Origin: Gemmatimonadales bacterium
GTDB taxonomy: Bacteria; Gemmatimonadota; Gemmatimonadetes; Gemmatimonadales; GWC2-71-9
Direction of reading: 5' to 3'
Length of the DNA: 64,000 nt
Assembly: GCA_037189525.1 (NCBI GenBank)
Contig: JBBCJC010000002.1
Location: forward strand, 608,001 to 672,000
In this document: positions 8,806 to 18,709 of the stretch, in pieces
How the letters are laid out: each line of letters opens with the position of its first letter
Numbering within the stretch: position 1 is the stretch's first letter
The notes under the pieces: model-generated
The model's input: only the letters and a program-made list of their open reading frames with translations
The model's database searches: none
Told to the model about the DNA's origin: nothing
Made by a program: the position numbers and the translations under genes

Positions 8806-10329
8806 ATGCGCCATCTCATTCCGCTCCTTGCCCTGCTCGGCGCCGCCTGCGCCGGCGCGACCGATACGCCATCCGGCACCACGATCACCAACGTGCAGAT
8901 CGTCGACGGAACCGGAGCCCCGAGCCGGTCCGGCGCGGTTCGCATCGTCGGCGATACCATCGTTGCCGTGGGTGACGTGAAGCCCGCGCGGGGCGATTCC
9001 GTCGTCGACGGCGGCGGGCTCACGCTGGCGCCGGGCTTCATCGATACGCACAGCCATCACGACGGCGGGCTCACCCGGACGCCCGAAGCGGTGGCCGCGG
9101 TCAGTCAGGGTATCACGACGATCATCGCCGGGCAGGACGGGGGACACCGCATCCCGCTGACCCGGAGCATCGATACGCTCACCAAGGCTCCGCCCAGCGT
9201 CAACGTCGCGTTCTACGCGGGGCACGGGTCGATTCGCGCCGCCGTCATGGGCGAGGACTTCAAGCGTCCCGCCACACCGGTCGAGCTCGATTCGATGACC
9301 GCGATCCTGACCCGCGAGCTGGAGGCCGGCGCCCTGGGGCTCTCTACCGGGCTCGAGTACGACCCCGGCATCAACTCGGCGCGCTCCGAGGTAATCGCGC
9401 TCGCCAAGGTCACGGCGGCCGCGGGTGGCCGCTATATCAGCCACATCCGCAGCGAGGACCGCTGGTTCTGGGACGCGATCGACGAGATCATCACGATCGG
9501 CCGCGAAGCGAAGCTGCCGGTGCAGGTAAGTCACGTGAAGCTGGCGATGGTGCCGCTCTGGGGCAAAGCCGACAGCCTGATCGGCATCCTGAACGCGGCG
9601 CGGGCCAGCGGCGTCGACATCACGGCCGACATCTATCCCTATCCGTACTGGCAGTCGACGCTGCAGGTGCTCTTCCCCGAGCGGAACTTCAACGACCGCC
9701 GCGAATCCGAGAAGGTGCTGCGGGAGATTGCGCCGGCCGAAGGTCTCCTGCTCGGCGATTTCGCGGCGAATCCGAGCTATGCGGGCAAGACGGTGGCGGA
9801 GATCGCCGTGCTGCGCAAGGAGCCGCCCGCCGTGACACTGCTCAACCTGATCAAGGAATCGATTGCGTGGGCCAAGGCTAACCCCGGGGGACGCGGTGGT
9901 GAGAGCGTGGTCGGCACCAGCATGTCGGAGCCGGATATTGCCAAGCTGATGGCCTGGGAGCATACCAATATCTGTTCGGACGGGTCGCTCTCGGGTGCGC
10001 ATCCGCGCGGGTTTGGCACCTATACCCGGGTGCTGGGCCGGTACGTGCGCGAACAGAAGGTGCTGACCCTCGAGGACGCGATCCGGAAGATGACCAGCCT
10101 GGCTGCGCAGCATGTCGGTCTGAGTCGTCGCGGGACCATTGCCGCGGGTCAGTTTGCCGATCTCGTCCTGTTCGATCCGGGCACCGTGATCGACAACGCC
10201 ACCCCGGCCGATCCGCACCAGGTGTCGACCGGGATCGAGCGGGTTTGGGTCAACGGACAGACCGTCTGGTCGGCAGGAGCGACAACTGCGCACCGACCGG
10301 GTCGGGTCCTGCTTCGCCAGGCCCAATGA
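8806..10329 (+). CDS. N-acyl-D-amino-acid deacylase family amidohydrolase, probable lipoprotein
   Basis: LLGAAC lipobox; APGFIDTHSH, GLSTGLEY, SHIRSE, HPRGFGTYTRVLGRYVRE, ADLVLFDP. Confidence 0.9.
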   Translation: MRHLIPLLALLGAACAGATDTPSGTTITNVQIVDGTGAPSRSGAVRIVGDTIVAVGDVKPARGDSVVDGGGLTLAPGFIDTHSHHDGGLTRTPEAVAAVSQGITTIIAGQDGGHRIPLTRSIDTLTKAPPSVNVAFYAGHGSIRAAVMGEDFKRPATPVELDSMTAILTRELEAGALGLSTGLEYDPGINSARSEVIALAKVTAAAGGRYISHIRSEDRWFWDAIDEIITIGREAKLPVQVSHVKLAMVPLWGKADSLIGILNAARASGVDITADIYPYPYWQSTLQVLFPERNFNDRRESEKVLREIAPAEGLLLGDFAANPSYAGKTVAEIAVLRKEPPAVTLLNLIKESIAWAKANPGGRGGESVVGTSMSEPDIAKLMAWEHTNICSDGSLSGAHPRGFGTYTRVLGRYVREQKVLTLEDAIRKMTSLAAQHVGLSRRGTIAAGQFADLVLFDPGTVIDNATPADPHQVSTGIERVWVNGQTVWSAGATTAHRPGRVLLRQAQ

Positions 10330-11303
10330 ACCTCGTTGACCGGATCGGGGCTGCCGACGGCCGGATCCGTCCGCATGCGCGGGAAACGCCGCTGCTCTGG
10401 TCGCCCGCTCTGTCGGATCGGGCGGGCACCCGGATTTTCCTCAAGCTCGAGAACCTCCAGCACACCGGCTCGTTCAAGCTGCGCGGCGCACTCAACCGGA
10501 TGCTGACGCTGAGCGAGGGGGAGCGCGCCTGCGGCATCGTTACGGCGTCGACCGGGAACCACGGCGCCGCGTGCGCGTACGCCGGACAGATGAGCGGCGT
10601 CGCACCTACCGTCTTCGTGCCGACGGGTGCTGCGCCAAGCAAGGTGGCGCGGATCGAGCGTCTGGGCGGGCAGGTGCGGTATCATGGCGTCGATTCCGGC
10701 GAAACCGAGCGGGAAGCGCGCCGGCAGGCCGAAATCGGCGGGCAGTATTTCCTGTCGCCCTACAACGACGAAGAGGTCATGGCCGGCCAGGGCACCGTCG
10801 CTGCCGAGCTACTGCGCCAGCTGCCCGATATCGGTGCGGTCGTGGTTGCCGTCGGTGGCGGCGGATTGATCGGGGGTATTGCGACCCTGCTCAAGGAAAC
10901 CCGGCCCGGTACGTTCGTGATCGGCGCCTCGCCGCGCAACTCGGCCGTCATGGTGGCGTCGGTGGATGCGGGACGGATCCTGGATTTACCGTCCGAGCCG
11001 ACCCTGTCGGATGGGACGGCCGGGGGAGTCGAGGCCGATACGGTCACGTTCGAGCCGTGCCGCCGGTATGTCGATCGTTATGACCTGGTGCAGGAGGACG
11101 AAATCCGCGATGCCATGCGGCTCGTCTATGAGGCGGAAGGGCTGATCGTCGAAGGAGCCGCCGGAGTGGCCGTTGCGTCCGCGTTGCGCCTGGCTCCGGA
11201 GCTGGCGGGGCGGGACGTGGTGGTCGTCGTCTGTGGTGGCAATATCGGGCGGGGCGTATGGAGCGAAGCGCTGGAGACGGGAACCACGCCGTCTCCAGCC
11301 TGA
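10326..11303 (+). CDS. Threonine/serine dehydratase or racemase family (PLP fold II), STGNH type
   Basis: LKLENLQHTGSFKLRGA, ASTGNHG, VGGGGL, EGAAG, CGGN; ATGA overlap with the deacylase. Confidence 0.9.
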   Translation: MNLVDRIGAADGRIRPHARETPLLWSPALSDRAGTRIFLKLENLQHTGSFKLRGALNRMLTLSEGERACGIVTASTGNHGAACAYAGQMSGVAPTVFVPTGAAPSKVARIERLGGQVRYHGVDSGETEREARRQAEIGGQYFLSPYNDEEVMAGQGTVAAELLRQLPDIGAVVVAVGGGGLIGGIATLLKETRPGTFVIGASPRNSAVMVASVDAGRILDLPSEPTLSDGTAGGVEADTVTFEPCRRYVDRYDLVQEDEIRDAMRLVYEAEGLIVEGAAGVAVASALRLAPELAGRDVVVVVCGGNIGRGVWSEALETGTTPSPA

Positions 11304-11310
11304 TGCGTGG

Positions 11311-11664
11311 CTATCGTGGTGGAATGCGCAGCGTGACCTCGTCGCCGGGCGATACGGTTATTTCATCCGAGACCGGCGTCCGGTCGCTTCCTACCGGATC
11401 GGCAAGAAAACGCAGCGGCGTCAACGACTTCACCAGGTATGCTGGCAGCCGGAACCGGGTCTGGGTATTGCCGTTGGCCAGGCCGAGTCGAATCCGTCGC
11501 CCGCCTTCCAGGACGAAGATCGTCATGTCGGAAAAGCCCTGGTTGTCGACCACGACGGTCGTGGGTGCATTCGGGTCGAGATCCGTCACCGGGCGGTTGC
11601 GATTGCAGCCGAGCAGGACCGAGGTAGCGAGAGCCAGCAGGCCGAGCGTGATGGTGCGTGTCAT
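11311..11664 (-). CDS. Hypothetical lipoprotein
   Basis: VLLGC lipobox; strong RBS aaggagga; beta-rich mature part. Confidence 0.75.
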   Translation of the reverse strand: MTRTITLGLLALATSVLLGCNRNRPVTDLDPNAPTTVVVDNQGFSDMTIFVLEGGRRIRLGLANGNTQTRFRLPAYLVKSLTPLRFLADPVGSDRTPVSDEITVSPGDEVTLRIPPR

Positions 11665-11769
11665 ATCCGTCCTCCTTAACAGTGGTCCGGTTGAGCCATG
11701 TCCCCCGTCCCCGTTTGGTGACACCAGATGGTCATTCTACCCTGATCGAGATTCTACCAGAAACGTCGC

Positions 11770-12762
11770 ATGACCGATTTACCGCCAACCCTGCCGGCCA
11801 TCGATGCCGCCGCTGCCCGCCTGGCCCCGTTCGTTCGCGAAACCCCGATCTGGGAGTGGCGCGACGACCTGGTGCAGGGCCCGAGATCCGTGGTCCTCAA
11901 ACTCGAGCTCTTTCAGTACTCGGGCTCCTTCAAGGTCCGCGGCGCCCTGATGAATATGCTCGCGCTGTCTCCCGACCAGGTCAAGCGCGGCGTCACGGCC
12001 GTCAGCGCCGGCAACCATGCCGCTGCCGTATCCTACGCAGCGCGGACCTTGGGGACATCGGCCAAAGTGGTGATGCCCAAGACCGCCAGCCCCGCCCGGG
12101 TTGCGTTGAGTCAGCGGCTGGGCGCCGAAGTTGTGTTGGCGGAGGATGTCGCCGAGGCGTTCGCGCGGGTCAAAGCCATCGAAGCAAGCGAAGGGCGCGC
12201 CTTCATTCATCCGTTCGAAGGGCTGGGCACGGCAACCGGCACGGCGACCCTGGGGCTCGAACTGTGTCGCCAGGTCGATGATCTGGATGCCGTCATCGTC
12301 CCGGTTGGCGGGGGCGGATTGATTGCCGGGATTGCGGCCGCCGTCAAACAGTTCAAACCGGGGTGTCTCGTCTTCGGTGTTGAGCCCGAAGGGAACGATG
12401 TCATCAAGCGGAGTCTCGGGTCGGGTCAGCCGGAGCAGGCCAGCAGTCCCAAGACGATTGCGGACAGCCTGAGTCCGCCGTTTGCGATGCCGTACAGCCT
12501 GGGGTTGATTCGCCGCTTCGTCGACGACATCGTGCTGATCAGCGATGAGGCGCTGACCGAAGCGATGTACCTGCTGTTCGATCGGCAGAAGCTGGCGGTC
12601 GAGCCGGCCGGCGCCGCGACCACCGCGGCGCTGCTTGGTCCGCTGGCGGCGCAGTTGCGTGGCTTGCGGGTCGGTCTGATCGTGTGCGGCGCCAACATCG
12701 ACCCGGCCCGATTCGGCGACTATCTGGCCCGCGGTGAGGCCCGGTGGAAGGCGCGCGCGTGA
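11770..12762 (+). CDS. Threonine/serine dehydratase (PLP fold II), SAGNH type, no ACT domain
   Basis: LKLELFQYSGSFKVRGA, VSAGNHA, PVGGGGL, EPAGA, CGAN. Confidence 0.9.
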   Translation: MTDLPPTLPAIDAAAARLAPFVRETPIWEWRDDLVQGPRSVVLKLELFQYSGSFKVRGALMNMLALSPDQVKRGVTAVSAGNHAAAVSYAARTLGTSAKVVMPKTASPARVALSQRLGAEVVLAEDVAEAFARVKAIEASEGRAFIHPFEGLGTATGTATLGLELCRQVDDLDAVIVPVGGGGLIAGIAAAVKQFKPGCLVFGVEPEGNDVIKRSLGSGQPEQASSPKTIADSLSPPFAMPYSLGLIRRFVDDIVLISDEALTEAMYLLFDRQKLAVEPAGAATTAALLGPLAAQLRGLRVGLIVCGANIDPARFGDYLARGEARWKARA

Positions 12763-12802
12763 GCGCTTTCGGCGTCGGCCGCAACGGGGCGGGAGGGTCA
12801 CC

Positions 12803-12976
12803 ATGATTGCGATGGTGCTCTATGCCATCATCCTGGGCGGCCTGTCGGTCCTCTTCCTGGGGGCGATCAGCGCGCTCCGGGACGCGGTACGCCAGCGGGC
12901 TCGCCTGCGCGGGTTTCTGGCGGCAATCGGTGTCGCCGTGTTGTCCCTGGCCGGCATCTTTGCCATGTTAGTCTGA
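12803..12976 (+). CDS. Small two-TM membrane protein (57 aa)
   Basis: gggagg RBS; two hydrophobic stretches; TGATG overlap with the next gene. Confidence 0.65.
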   Translation: MIAMVLYAIILGGLSVLFLGAISALRDAVRQRARLRGFLAAIGVAVLSLAGIFAMLV

Positions 12977-13734
12977 TGTCCTCGCCGCGTCCGTTCCAGG
13001 ACCATTTCTCGGCCGGTTCGTCCGGCTATGCAGCGTTCCGGCCGCGCTATCCGGAGGCATTGTTTCGTTGGATCGCCGATCAGTCTCCTGCGCGCGACCT
13101 GGCGTGGGATTGCGCTACCGGCAGCGGGCAGGCTGCGGTGGGTCTGGCGCCCCTGTTCCGGCGCGTGATCGCAACCGATGCGAGTGATGCCCAGCTGGCG
13201 CAAGCGGAGGGTCGCTCCAATCTCGAATATCGCCAGGCATCGGCCGAGGTGTCGGGCTTATCCGATCGATCGGTCGATGCCGTGACGGTAGCGCAGGCGC
13301 TCCACTGGTTCGATCGTCCGGCCTTCTTTGCCGAAGTGGCGCGGGTTGCCAAACCGGGTGCGTTGCTGGCGGTGTGGACCTACAACCTGGTGCGCGGTGA
13401 CGCAGCACTCGACCGCGTCATCGATCGGCTCTACAGCGATGTTCTTGGCAGCTATTGGCCCGCCGATCGCGCGCTGGTGGAAACCGGATATCGCGACATC
13501 GAGATCCCGTTTGCCGAGCTGGCGACACCGTCATTCGAGATGACCGCGGACTGGGCGCTCGCGCAGTTGGTGGGGTACTTGCGGACCTGGTCGTCGGCCA
13601 TCCGGTATCAGGCACAGCATGGCGCCGATCCGGTGCAGGCGGTGGCCGATGAGCTGCAGGCCGCCTGGGGCGATCCATCCCGGGTTCGCCAACTCGGCTG
13701 GCCGCTGGCCGTGCGGGCGGCGCACGTCGGTTAG
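12976..13734 (+). CDS. Class I SAM-dependent methyltransferase
   Basis: YAAFRPRYP, AWDCATGSGQA, VAQALHWFD. Confidence 0.92.
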   Translation: MSSPRPFQDHFSAGSSGYAAFRPRYPEALFRWIADQSPARDLAWDCATGSGQAAVGLAPLFRRVIATDASDAQLAQAEGRSNLEYRQASAEVSGLSDRSVDAVTVAQALHWFDRPAFFAEVARVAKPGALLAVWTYNLVRGDAALDRVIDRLYSDVLGSYWPADRALVETGYRDIEIPFAELATPSFEMTADWALAQLVGYLRTWSSAIRYQAQHGADPVQAVADELQAAWGDPSRVRQLGWPLAVRAAHVG

Positions 13735-13737
13735 ATC

Positions 13738-13764
13738 GGAAACACCATCCGCGGCTCGCGCGTA
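13738..13764 (+). promoter_or_regulatory. ECF-type promoter
   Basis: GGAAAC-N17-CGTA, 45 nt upstream of the amidohydrolase ATG. Confidence 0.55.
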
Positions 13765-13809
13765 GATTGAAGAGGCGCGCGCCCCGAATCGTACTCAGGA
13801 GACCATACC

Positions 13810-15168
13810 ATGCTTGCCCTTTTGACCGTTCTCGCGACGGCCGTCGGCGGCGGGAACGACCCGTCCTCGCAGCAGCCGACCTACGCCATCGTCAACGTCT
13901 CGGTGATTCCCATGGACCGGGAACGAGTCCTGACTGAGCAGACCGTGGTGGTGCGGGGCGACAAGATCGTTGCCATGGGTCCGGCGCGGTCGACGCAGGT
14001 GCCGGCCGGTGCGGTCCGCATCGAGGGCAAAGGCAAATATCTGATTCCGGGGTTGGCTGAAATGCATGGCCACACTCCCCCGGGCCAGGCCTTTTCCGAT
14101 TCGACCATGGAGCGGATTCTCGCGCTCTTTGCGTTGAACGGCGTGACCACGGTGCGCGGCATGCTGGGCGATCCGCGCCACCTGCCCTATCGCGACAAGG
14201 CGGCGCGCGGCGAGATCCTCAGTCCGACCATCTATTTGTCGGGGCCGTCGCTCAACGGCAACTCGGTCAAGACCGGCCGCGATGCGATCGATTCCGTCAC
14301 CAAGTACGCTCAGGCGGGATACGATCTGCTCAAGATCCATCCGGGCATCAAGCGTGGGGTGTTCGATACCCTCGCGGCGACCGCCAAGGCAGTGGGGATT
14401 CGCTTTGCCGGCCATGTGCCGCTCGATGTGGGGATCGAGCGAGCCATCGAGGCCGGGTATTGGACGGTCGACCACTTCGACGGATACATCGAAAATCTGG
14501 CGTCGCCGTCCGCAACGCTGACTCCGCAGGAAGTCGGATTCTTCGGGCTGGGCCTGATGGACCGGGTCGACGAGAGCCGTCTTGCACAGCTTGCGGCAAA
14601 GACCAAAGCCCAGGGCGTCTGGATGGTGCCGACCGAAACGCTGATGCGGTATGTCACCGGCGGCTACACCATCGACGAGCTGCGGAGCTGGCCGGAGATG
14701 AAGTACTGGTCCAAGGCGGGGCTCGATGCCTGGGCCAGGCAGACGGCTTCATTTAAAGGTGCGAATGAGCCGCCCAAGGCCGTCCGGGACCGGTACATCG
14801 CGCTTCGGCGGAAGATCATTACGACCTTCCACAAGGCCGGCGTCGGTTTTCTGCTGGGGTCGGACGCGCCGCAGATCTGGAACGTGCCCGGTTTCTCGAT
14901 TTTCCGGGAGCTCGAGTATCTCGTCGATGCAGGGCTGACGCCCTATCAGGCCCTGGAGAGCGGCACCCGCAACGTGGCGGTGCATTTCGGCACGGAAGCA
15001 GAGCGGGGTACCGTGGCAACCGGCAAGCGTGCCGATCTGATTTTGCTCGATGGCAACCCGCTTACCGCCATCAGCAACGTGCGGAAGCAGGCCGGCGTGA
15101 TGGTCGGTGGCCGCTGGCTGCCGGCCTCAGAGATTGCGCAGCGACTGACGCAGTTGGAAGCCAAGTAG
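13810..15168 (+). CDS. Secreted amidohydrolase-family protein
   Basis: LIPGLAEMHGH, GVTTVRGM, GSDAP, GKRADLILLDGNPL; RBS aggaga. Confidence 0.88.
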   Translation: MLALLTVLATAVGGGNDPSSQQPTYAIVNVSVIPMDRERVLTEQTVVVRGDKIVAMGPARSTQVPAGAVRIEGKGKYLIPGLAEMHGHTPPGQAFSDSTMERILALFALNGVTTVRGMLGDPRHLPYRDKAARGEILSPTIYLSGPSLNGNSVKTGRDAIDSVTKYAQAGYDLLKIHPGIKRGVFDTLAATAKAVGIRFAGHVPLDVGIERAIEAGYWTVDHFDGYIENLASPSATLTPQEVGFFGLGLMDRVDESRLAQLAAKTKAQGVWMVPTETLMRYVTGGYTIDELRSWPEMKYWSKAGLDAWARQTASFKGANEPPKAVRDRYIALRRKIITTFHKAGVGFLLGSDAPQIWNVPGFSIFRELEYLVDAGLTPYQALESGTRNVAVHFGTEAERGTVATGKRADLILLDGNPLTAISNVRKQAGVMVGGRWLPASEIAQRLTQLEAK

Positions 15169-15253
15169 CCGTCGATGTTCAAGTCGGGCATACGGCACGG
15201 CGTGGGCGTGCGGGGTTTCTGACGACGAGACGGGAGCCTGCTCCAGCGCGGAA

Positions 15254-16375
15254 ATGACGAGTACGATGTGGGTTGAGTTGTTTCTGACTGCGATGGGCGT
15301 GCTGACCGTGACGCTCAGCGTTCTTCTGGCGACGGCCTTGCTGGTTGGTCGGCCGGGAGCCCCGCGAGCGGATCGATTCCTGGCCGGCTTCCTGCTGCTG
15401 TCGGCGGTGGATCTGGCGGGCTGGACGGCCGCGCTGATGCCGACGGCAGTCCAGTCCCTTCTCGTCTTTCGTCTGCCGGTCGGTTTTCTGCAGATGCCCT
15501 GGCTTCTGGCCTATGTGTTGACGCTCAGCGAACCGAAGACGGATTGCCGTCCTCACCTGTGGGCGGGCGGGGCGCTCGCCGCCGTGTCGCTGCTGAGCCT
15601 GACGCCACGGGCCCTGAGCATGGCTGGTGTCGATTTCCTGTCCCGGCAGGTTTCGATCGACGCCGATCTGTTAGGCAACGAGGCCGTGCTTCACCTCCAG
15701 TTCTATGTCTATGCTTTCCTGATCGGCGCGAGGGTATTCTCACGCAGCGAACCGATCCCGGATCAGCGGATGCGGCGCTGGTTGAAGACGCTGCTGGCAG
15801 TCTCGCTGTCGGCCCACACCCTGGTTCTGGCGAAGAGCGTGGCCGCGGCGGCGGGAGCGGCGCGATCATACGCCGCGCTGAATCTGGCCGTCAGCGTGAA
15901 TGCGGCGGCGGTGCTGGCCGCTCTCCTGCTGCTGGTTCTCCTGAAGGGCGGCGTCGTGGCGCCCACCACGACCGCTCGGCGGCATCGTGCCTCCAACCTT
16001 GCCGACGAGGCCGAGATGGCTCGCCTTCGTGAGGTCATGTCGCGCACTCAGCCCTATCTGGATCCCCAACTCAGCCTTCGGAGCCTGGCGCGTCGAGTCG
16101 GTCTGCCCGGCCGCGAAGTGTCGCGCTTGATCAATATCTGCGGAGGCACCCACTTCTTCGACTTCGTCAATCAGTACCGGACGGGCAGGGCCGCCGAACT
16201 GCTGGCCGATCCAAGCTGGGCCGGCCGCTCCATCCTGGAGATCGCCTATGAAGTGGGCTTCAATTCCAAGTCCTCCTTCAACGCCGCGTTCCGCAAGCAT
16301 CAGGGGGTGACGCCGTCGTCGATTCGCCGCGACCCGGCGGATGACGACGCCCTCGCGACGACCGACTTCGCGTAG
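15254..16375 (+). CDS. Membrane-anchored AraC-family transcriptional regulator
   Basis: Multiple N-terminal TM helices; PYLDPQLSL...FFDFVNQYR...IAYEVGFNSKSSFNAAFRK. Confidence 0.9.
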   Translation: MTSTMWVELFLTAMGVLTVTLSVLLATALLVGRPGAPRADRFLAGFLLLSAVDLAGWTAALMPTAVQSLLVFRLPVGFLQMPWLLAYVLTLSEPKTDCRPHLWAGGALAAVSLLSLTPRALSMAGVDFLSRQVSIDADLLGNEAVLHLQFYVYAFLIGARVFSRSEPIPDQRMRRWLKTLLAVSLSAHTLVLAKSVAAAAGAARSYAALNLAVSVNAAAVLAALLLLVLLKGGVVAPTTTARRHRASNLADEAEMARLREVMSRTQPYLDPQLSLRSLARRVGLPGREVSRLINICGGTHFFDFVNQYRTGRAAELLADPSWAGRSILEIAYEVGFNSKSSFNAAFRKHQGVTPSSIRRDPADDDALATTDFA

Positions 16376-16417
16376 TCGGTCGAGACGGGGCGAGGTCCGG
16401 TGTAGCCGTTGGGCATC

Positions 16418-18130
16418 ATGAACCGCCGGATGTCATCCATGCGCTTGCTGCTGCTTTCCGCCGCTCTTGGCCTGTCCCTCTCCCTCACGCTTGCGCCCGC
16501 CGCCGCGCAGGTTTCGCCGCAGGACGACCGGGCCGCCGCTGTTTCGAAATTGCTTCACTCGGTGGCCGGACCAGACCACCCCGGACTGGCGGTGGCGGTG
16601 CTGATGGACGGGGGCGTGGCGGTCCGCGCCGTCGCGGGCCTGGCCGACCTCGAACAGGCCACCGCCATCACTGACACGACGGTGTTCCACGCCGCGTCGC
16701 TGTCCAAGCAGTTCACCGCCTTCGCGGTGCTTCTGTTGGAGCGAGACGGCAAGCTGTCCATCGACGATCCGGTTTCAACCTATCTGCCGGACACGGGGCG
16801 ATGGCCGCCGATCACCCTGCGCCGCCTGATGGACCACACCAACGGCCTGCGCGATCTCGGGGTACTGCTGGCCATGGCGGGCTGGCGGTCCGAGGACCTG
16901 ATCACGGACCAGCAGGCGCTGGACATGGTCATGGCTCAGAACGGCCTGAACTTCCAACCGGGCGCCGCCTTCCAGTACAACAATTCCGGCTATGTTCTGC
17001 TGGCCGAAGTCGTGCGTCGCGTTTCGGGCCAGAGCCTGGCCGCCTTCTGTCAGGAGCGGATATTTGGGCCGCTGGGGATGACGCGCACGCGTTTTCAGGA
17101 CGACGTAGCCATGATCGAGGCCGGGCGCGCCCAGTCCTACGCTCCGATCCGCGGCGGATTTTCGCGCCAGGTCCTGAACTACGCCTATATCGGGCCGACG
17201 GGGCTGCAGACCACGGCTGAGGATCTGCTGCGCTGGGCGGCCAACTTCGAGAGCGGCAACGTGGGTGGCCCGGCGGTGTTCCGGCGGATGGAAGCCGTGG
17301 GTCGGCTGAACGACGGGACCGAGAGCTTCTATCCTTATGCGCTCGCTCAGGAGCGCCATGTGCGAAACGGTCGGTTGGTGTGGAGCCACGGCGGCCGGGA
17401 CGCCGGCTTCCGCAGCTTCCTGTTGCGGGCGCCTGGCGAACGTCTGGCCGTGTCGGTGCTGTCCAACCGGAGCGATGTCGATGCCTCCGCCCTGGCTTAT
17501 CGCATCGCGGACATCTATCTGCCGCCGTCCACGTCCCCGACAGAACCCGCGCAAATTCCCACGCCGGGCGACCTCGTCGCCTATGCCGGCGATTATGAAT
17601 TATTTCCCGGCCTGATCTTACATTTCTCCACGGACGGAGACCGGCTTTTCGTCTCCGTGGGCGGGCAGGAACGGGCCGCCCTGCCGCCTTTGTCGGGGCG
17701 GCGATTCGAGCTGGACGCGCGAGCCGCCATATCGGTGGTGTTCGATCCGCCGTCGGCCGGAAAAAGCCCGGGCCTCAAGTATGTGCTGGGGCTCAATGGT
17801 GCCCTGTCGGCGGCGCGTGTCGATCTGGCGCCCTTCTCCCCCGAAACGGTGCGGCCTGAGGACTATGTGGGGCGATATCACAGTGAAGAGCTGAGCACGG
17901 ACTATGTCTTCGAAATCGACGAAGGCGAGTTGGTCGCGCGCCATCCCCGCCGGCCGCCGATCCGGATGCGCGCCTATCAGCCGGACACCTTTTCCGGAGG
18001 GGGCGGGCCTCTTTCGCGCGTGCGGTTCCAGAGGGACGGAGGAGGCCGCGTGACGGGTTTCGAACTCTCTGGACCCGTGGCCGAAGGGGTCGCCTTCACG
18101 CGGGTGAGCGACATCCCCCGCCGGGATTGA
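16418..18130 (+). CDS. Beta-lactamase-family (S12) serine hydrolase with C-terminal beta domains
   Basis: SLSK (SxxK), YNN, HGG; signal peptide; start uncertain (16418-16439). Confidence 0.88.
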   Translation: MNRRMSSMRLLLLSAALGLSLSLTLAPAAAQVSPQDDRAAAVSKLLHSVAGPDHPGLAVAVLMDGGVAVRAVAGLADLEQATAITDTTVFHAASLSKQFTAFAVLLLERDGKLSIDDPVSTYLPDTGRWPPITLRRLMDHTNGLRDLGVLLAMAGWRSEDLITDQQALDMVMAQNGLNFQPGAAFQYNNSGYVLLAEVVRRVSGQSLAAFCQERIFGPLGMTRTRFQDDVAMIEAGRAQSYAPIRGGFSRQVLNYAYIGPTGLQTTAEDLLRWAANFESGNVGGPAVFRRMEAVGRLNDGTESFYPYALAQERHVRNGRLVWSHGGRDAGFRSFLLRAPGERLAVSVLSNRSDVDASALAYRIADIYLPPSTSPTEPAQIPTPGDLVAYAGDYELFPGLILHFSTDGDRLFVSVGGQERAALPPLSGRRFELDARAAISVVFDPPSAGKSPGLKYVLGLNGALSAARVDLAPFSPETVRPEDYVGRYHSEELSTDYVFEIDEGELVARHPRRPPIRMRAYQPDTFSGGGGPLSRVRFQRDGGGRVTGFELSGPVAEGVAFTRVSDIPRRD

Positions 18131-18225
18131 GCGCGTCGCGGGCCTGGCCCGCGCCGCGCGCCGACTCGAGTGAAGACAGCCTTGGCCTCAACGCCCGGCC
18201 GTTGGACGGGGTAAGCAACCATAAG

Positions 18226-18360
18226 ATGAGTGTCGAGTTCTCACTTCGTTGCGCTGCCCTCCTGTTCGATCTCGACGGCGTTCTCGTCGATTCGGCCGCA
18301 TGCATCGAGCGCATCTGGTATCGGTGGTCTGTCGATCATGGACTCGATCTTGCCGCCTTA
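18226..18360 (+). pseudogene. Truncated HAD-family phosphatase, N-terminus only
   Basis: LLFDLDGVLVDS motif I, then similarity is lost after about 45 aa. Confidence 0.7.
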
Positions 18361-18439
18361 CATGTTGGTCTATCCGATAGAGCATTGTTGGAAATCAGAG
18401 GCGTACCCGCCTCAATAGGAGTTATGCCGTCGGCGCGGA

Positions 18440-18709
18440 TCAGTAGTGATAGCGGGCCTGCAGAAACTCCACTCGATCGTCAAACACTTCATAGACGAGG
18501 CGGTCCGCTTCGTTGATCCGGCGTGACCAGACATTGCCGCCAAGATGTTTGAGCGGTTTCGGCTTTCCAATACCGGCGAAGGGATCCCGCAAGACTGCCT
18601 CCAGTAGATCGAATACGCGCAGGGCCGTTTTGCGGTTGGTGTCCACCCAGTAGCGGAGGTCCTCCAGGCATTCATCCTGGAGGACGGCCCGCCGCGAGCG
18701 GCGGGTCAG
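18440..18709 (-). CDS. yoeB: Txe/YoeB-family toxin (probable CTG start; catalytic Glu replaced by Lys)
   Basis: EDLRYW...DPFAGIGKPKPLKH...WSRRINEADRLVY...RYHY; CTGA overlap with the antitoxin stop. Confidence 0.88.
   Translation of the reverse strand: MTRRSRRAVLQDECLEDLRYWVDTNRKTALRVFDLLEAVLRDPFAGIGKPKPLKHLGGNVWSRRINEADRLVYEVFDDRVEFLQARYHY

Noticed and set aside
11734..11758. ATTCTACC direct repeat between divergent genes
   Set aside because: Only two 8-mers; may simply be -10-like TAGAAT elements on the minus strand.
18127..18516. 129-aa ORF as an intact HAD phosphatase
   Set aside because: Only motif I is present; the remainder reads through non-coding and antisense yoeB DNA.
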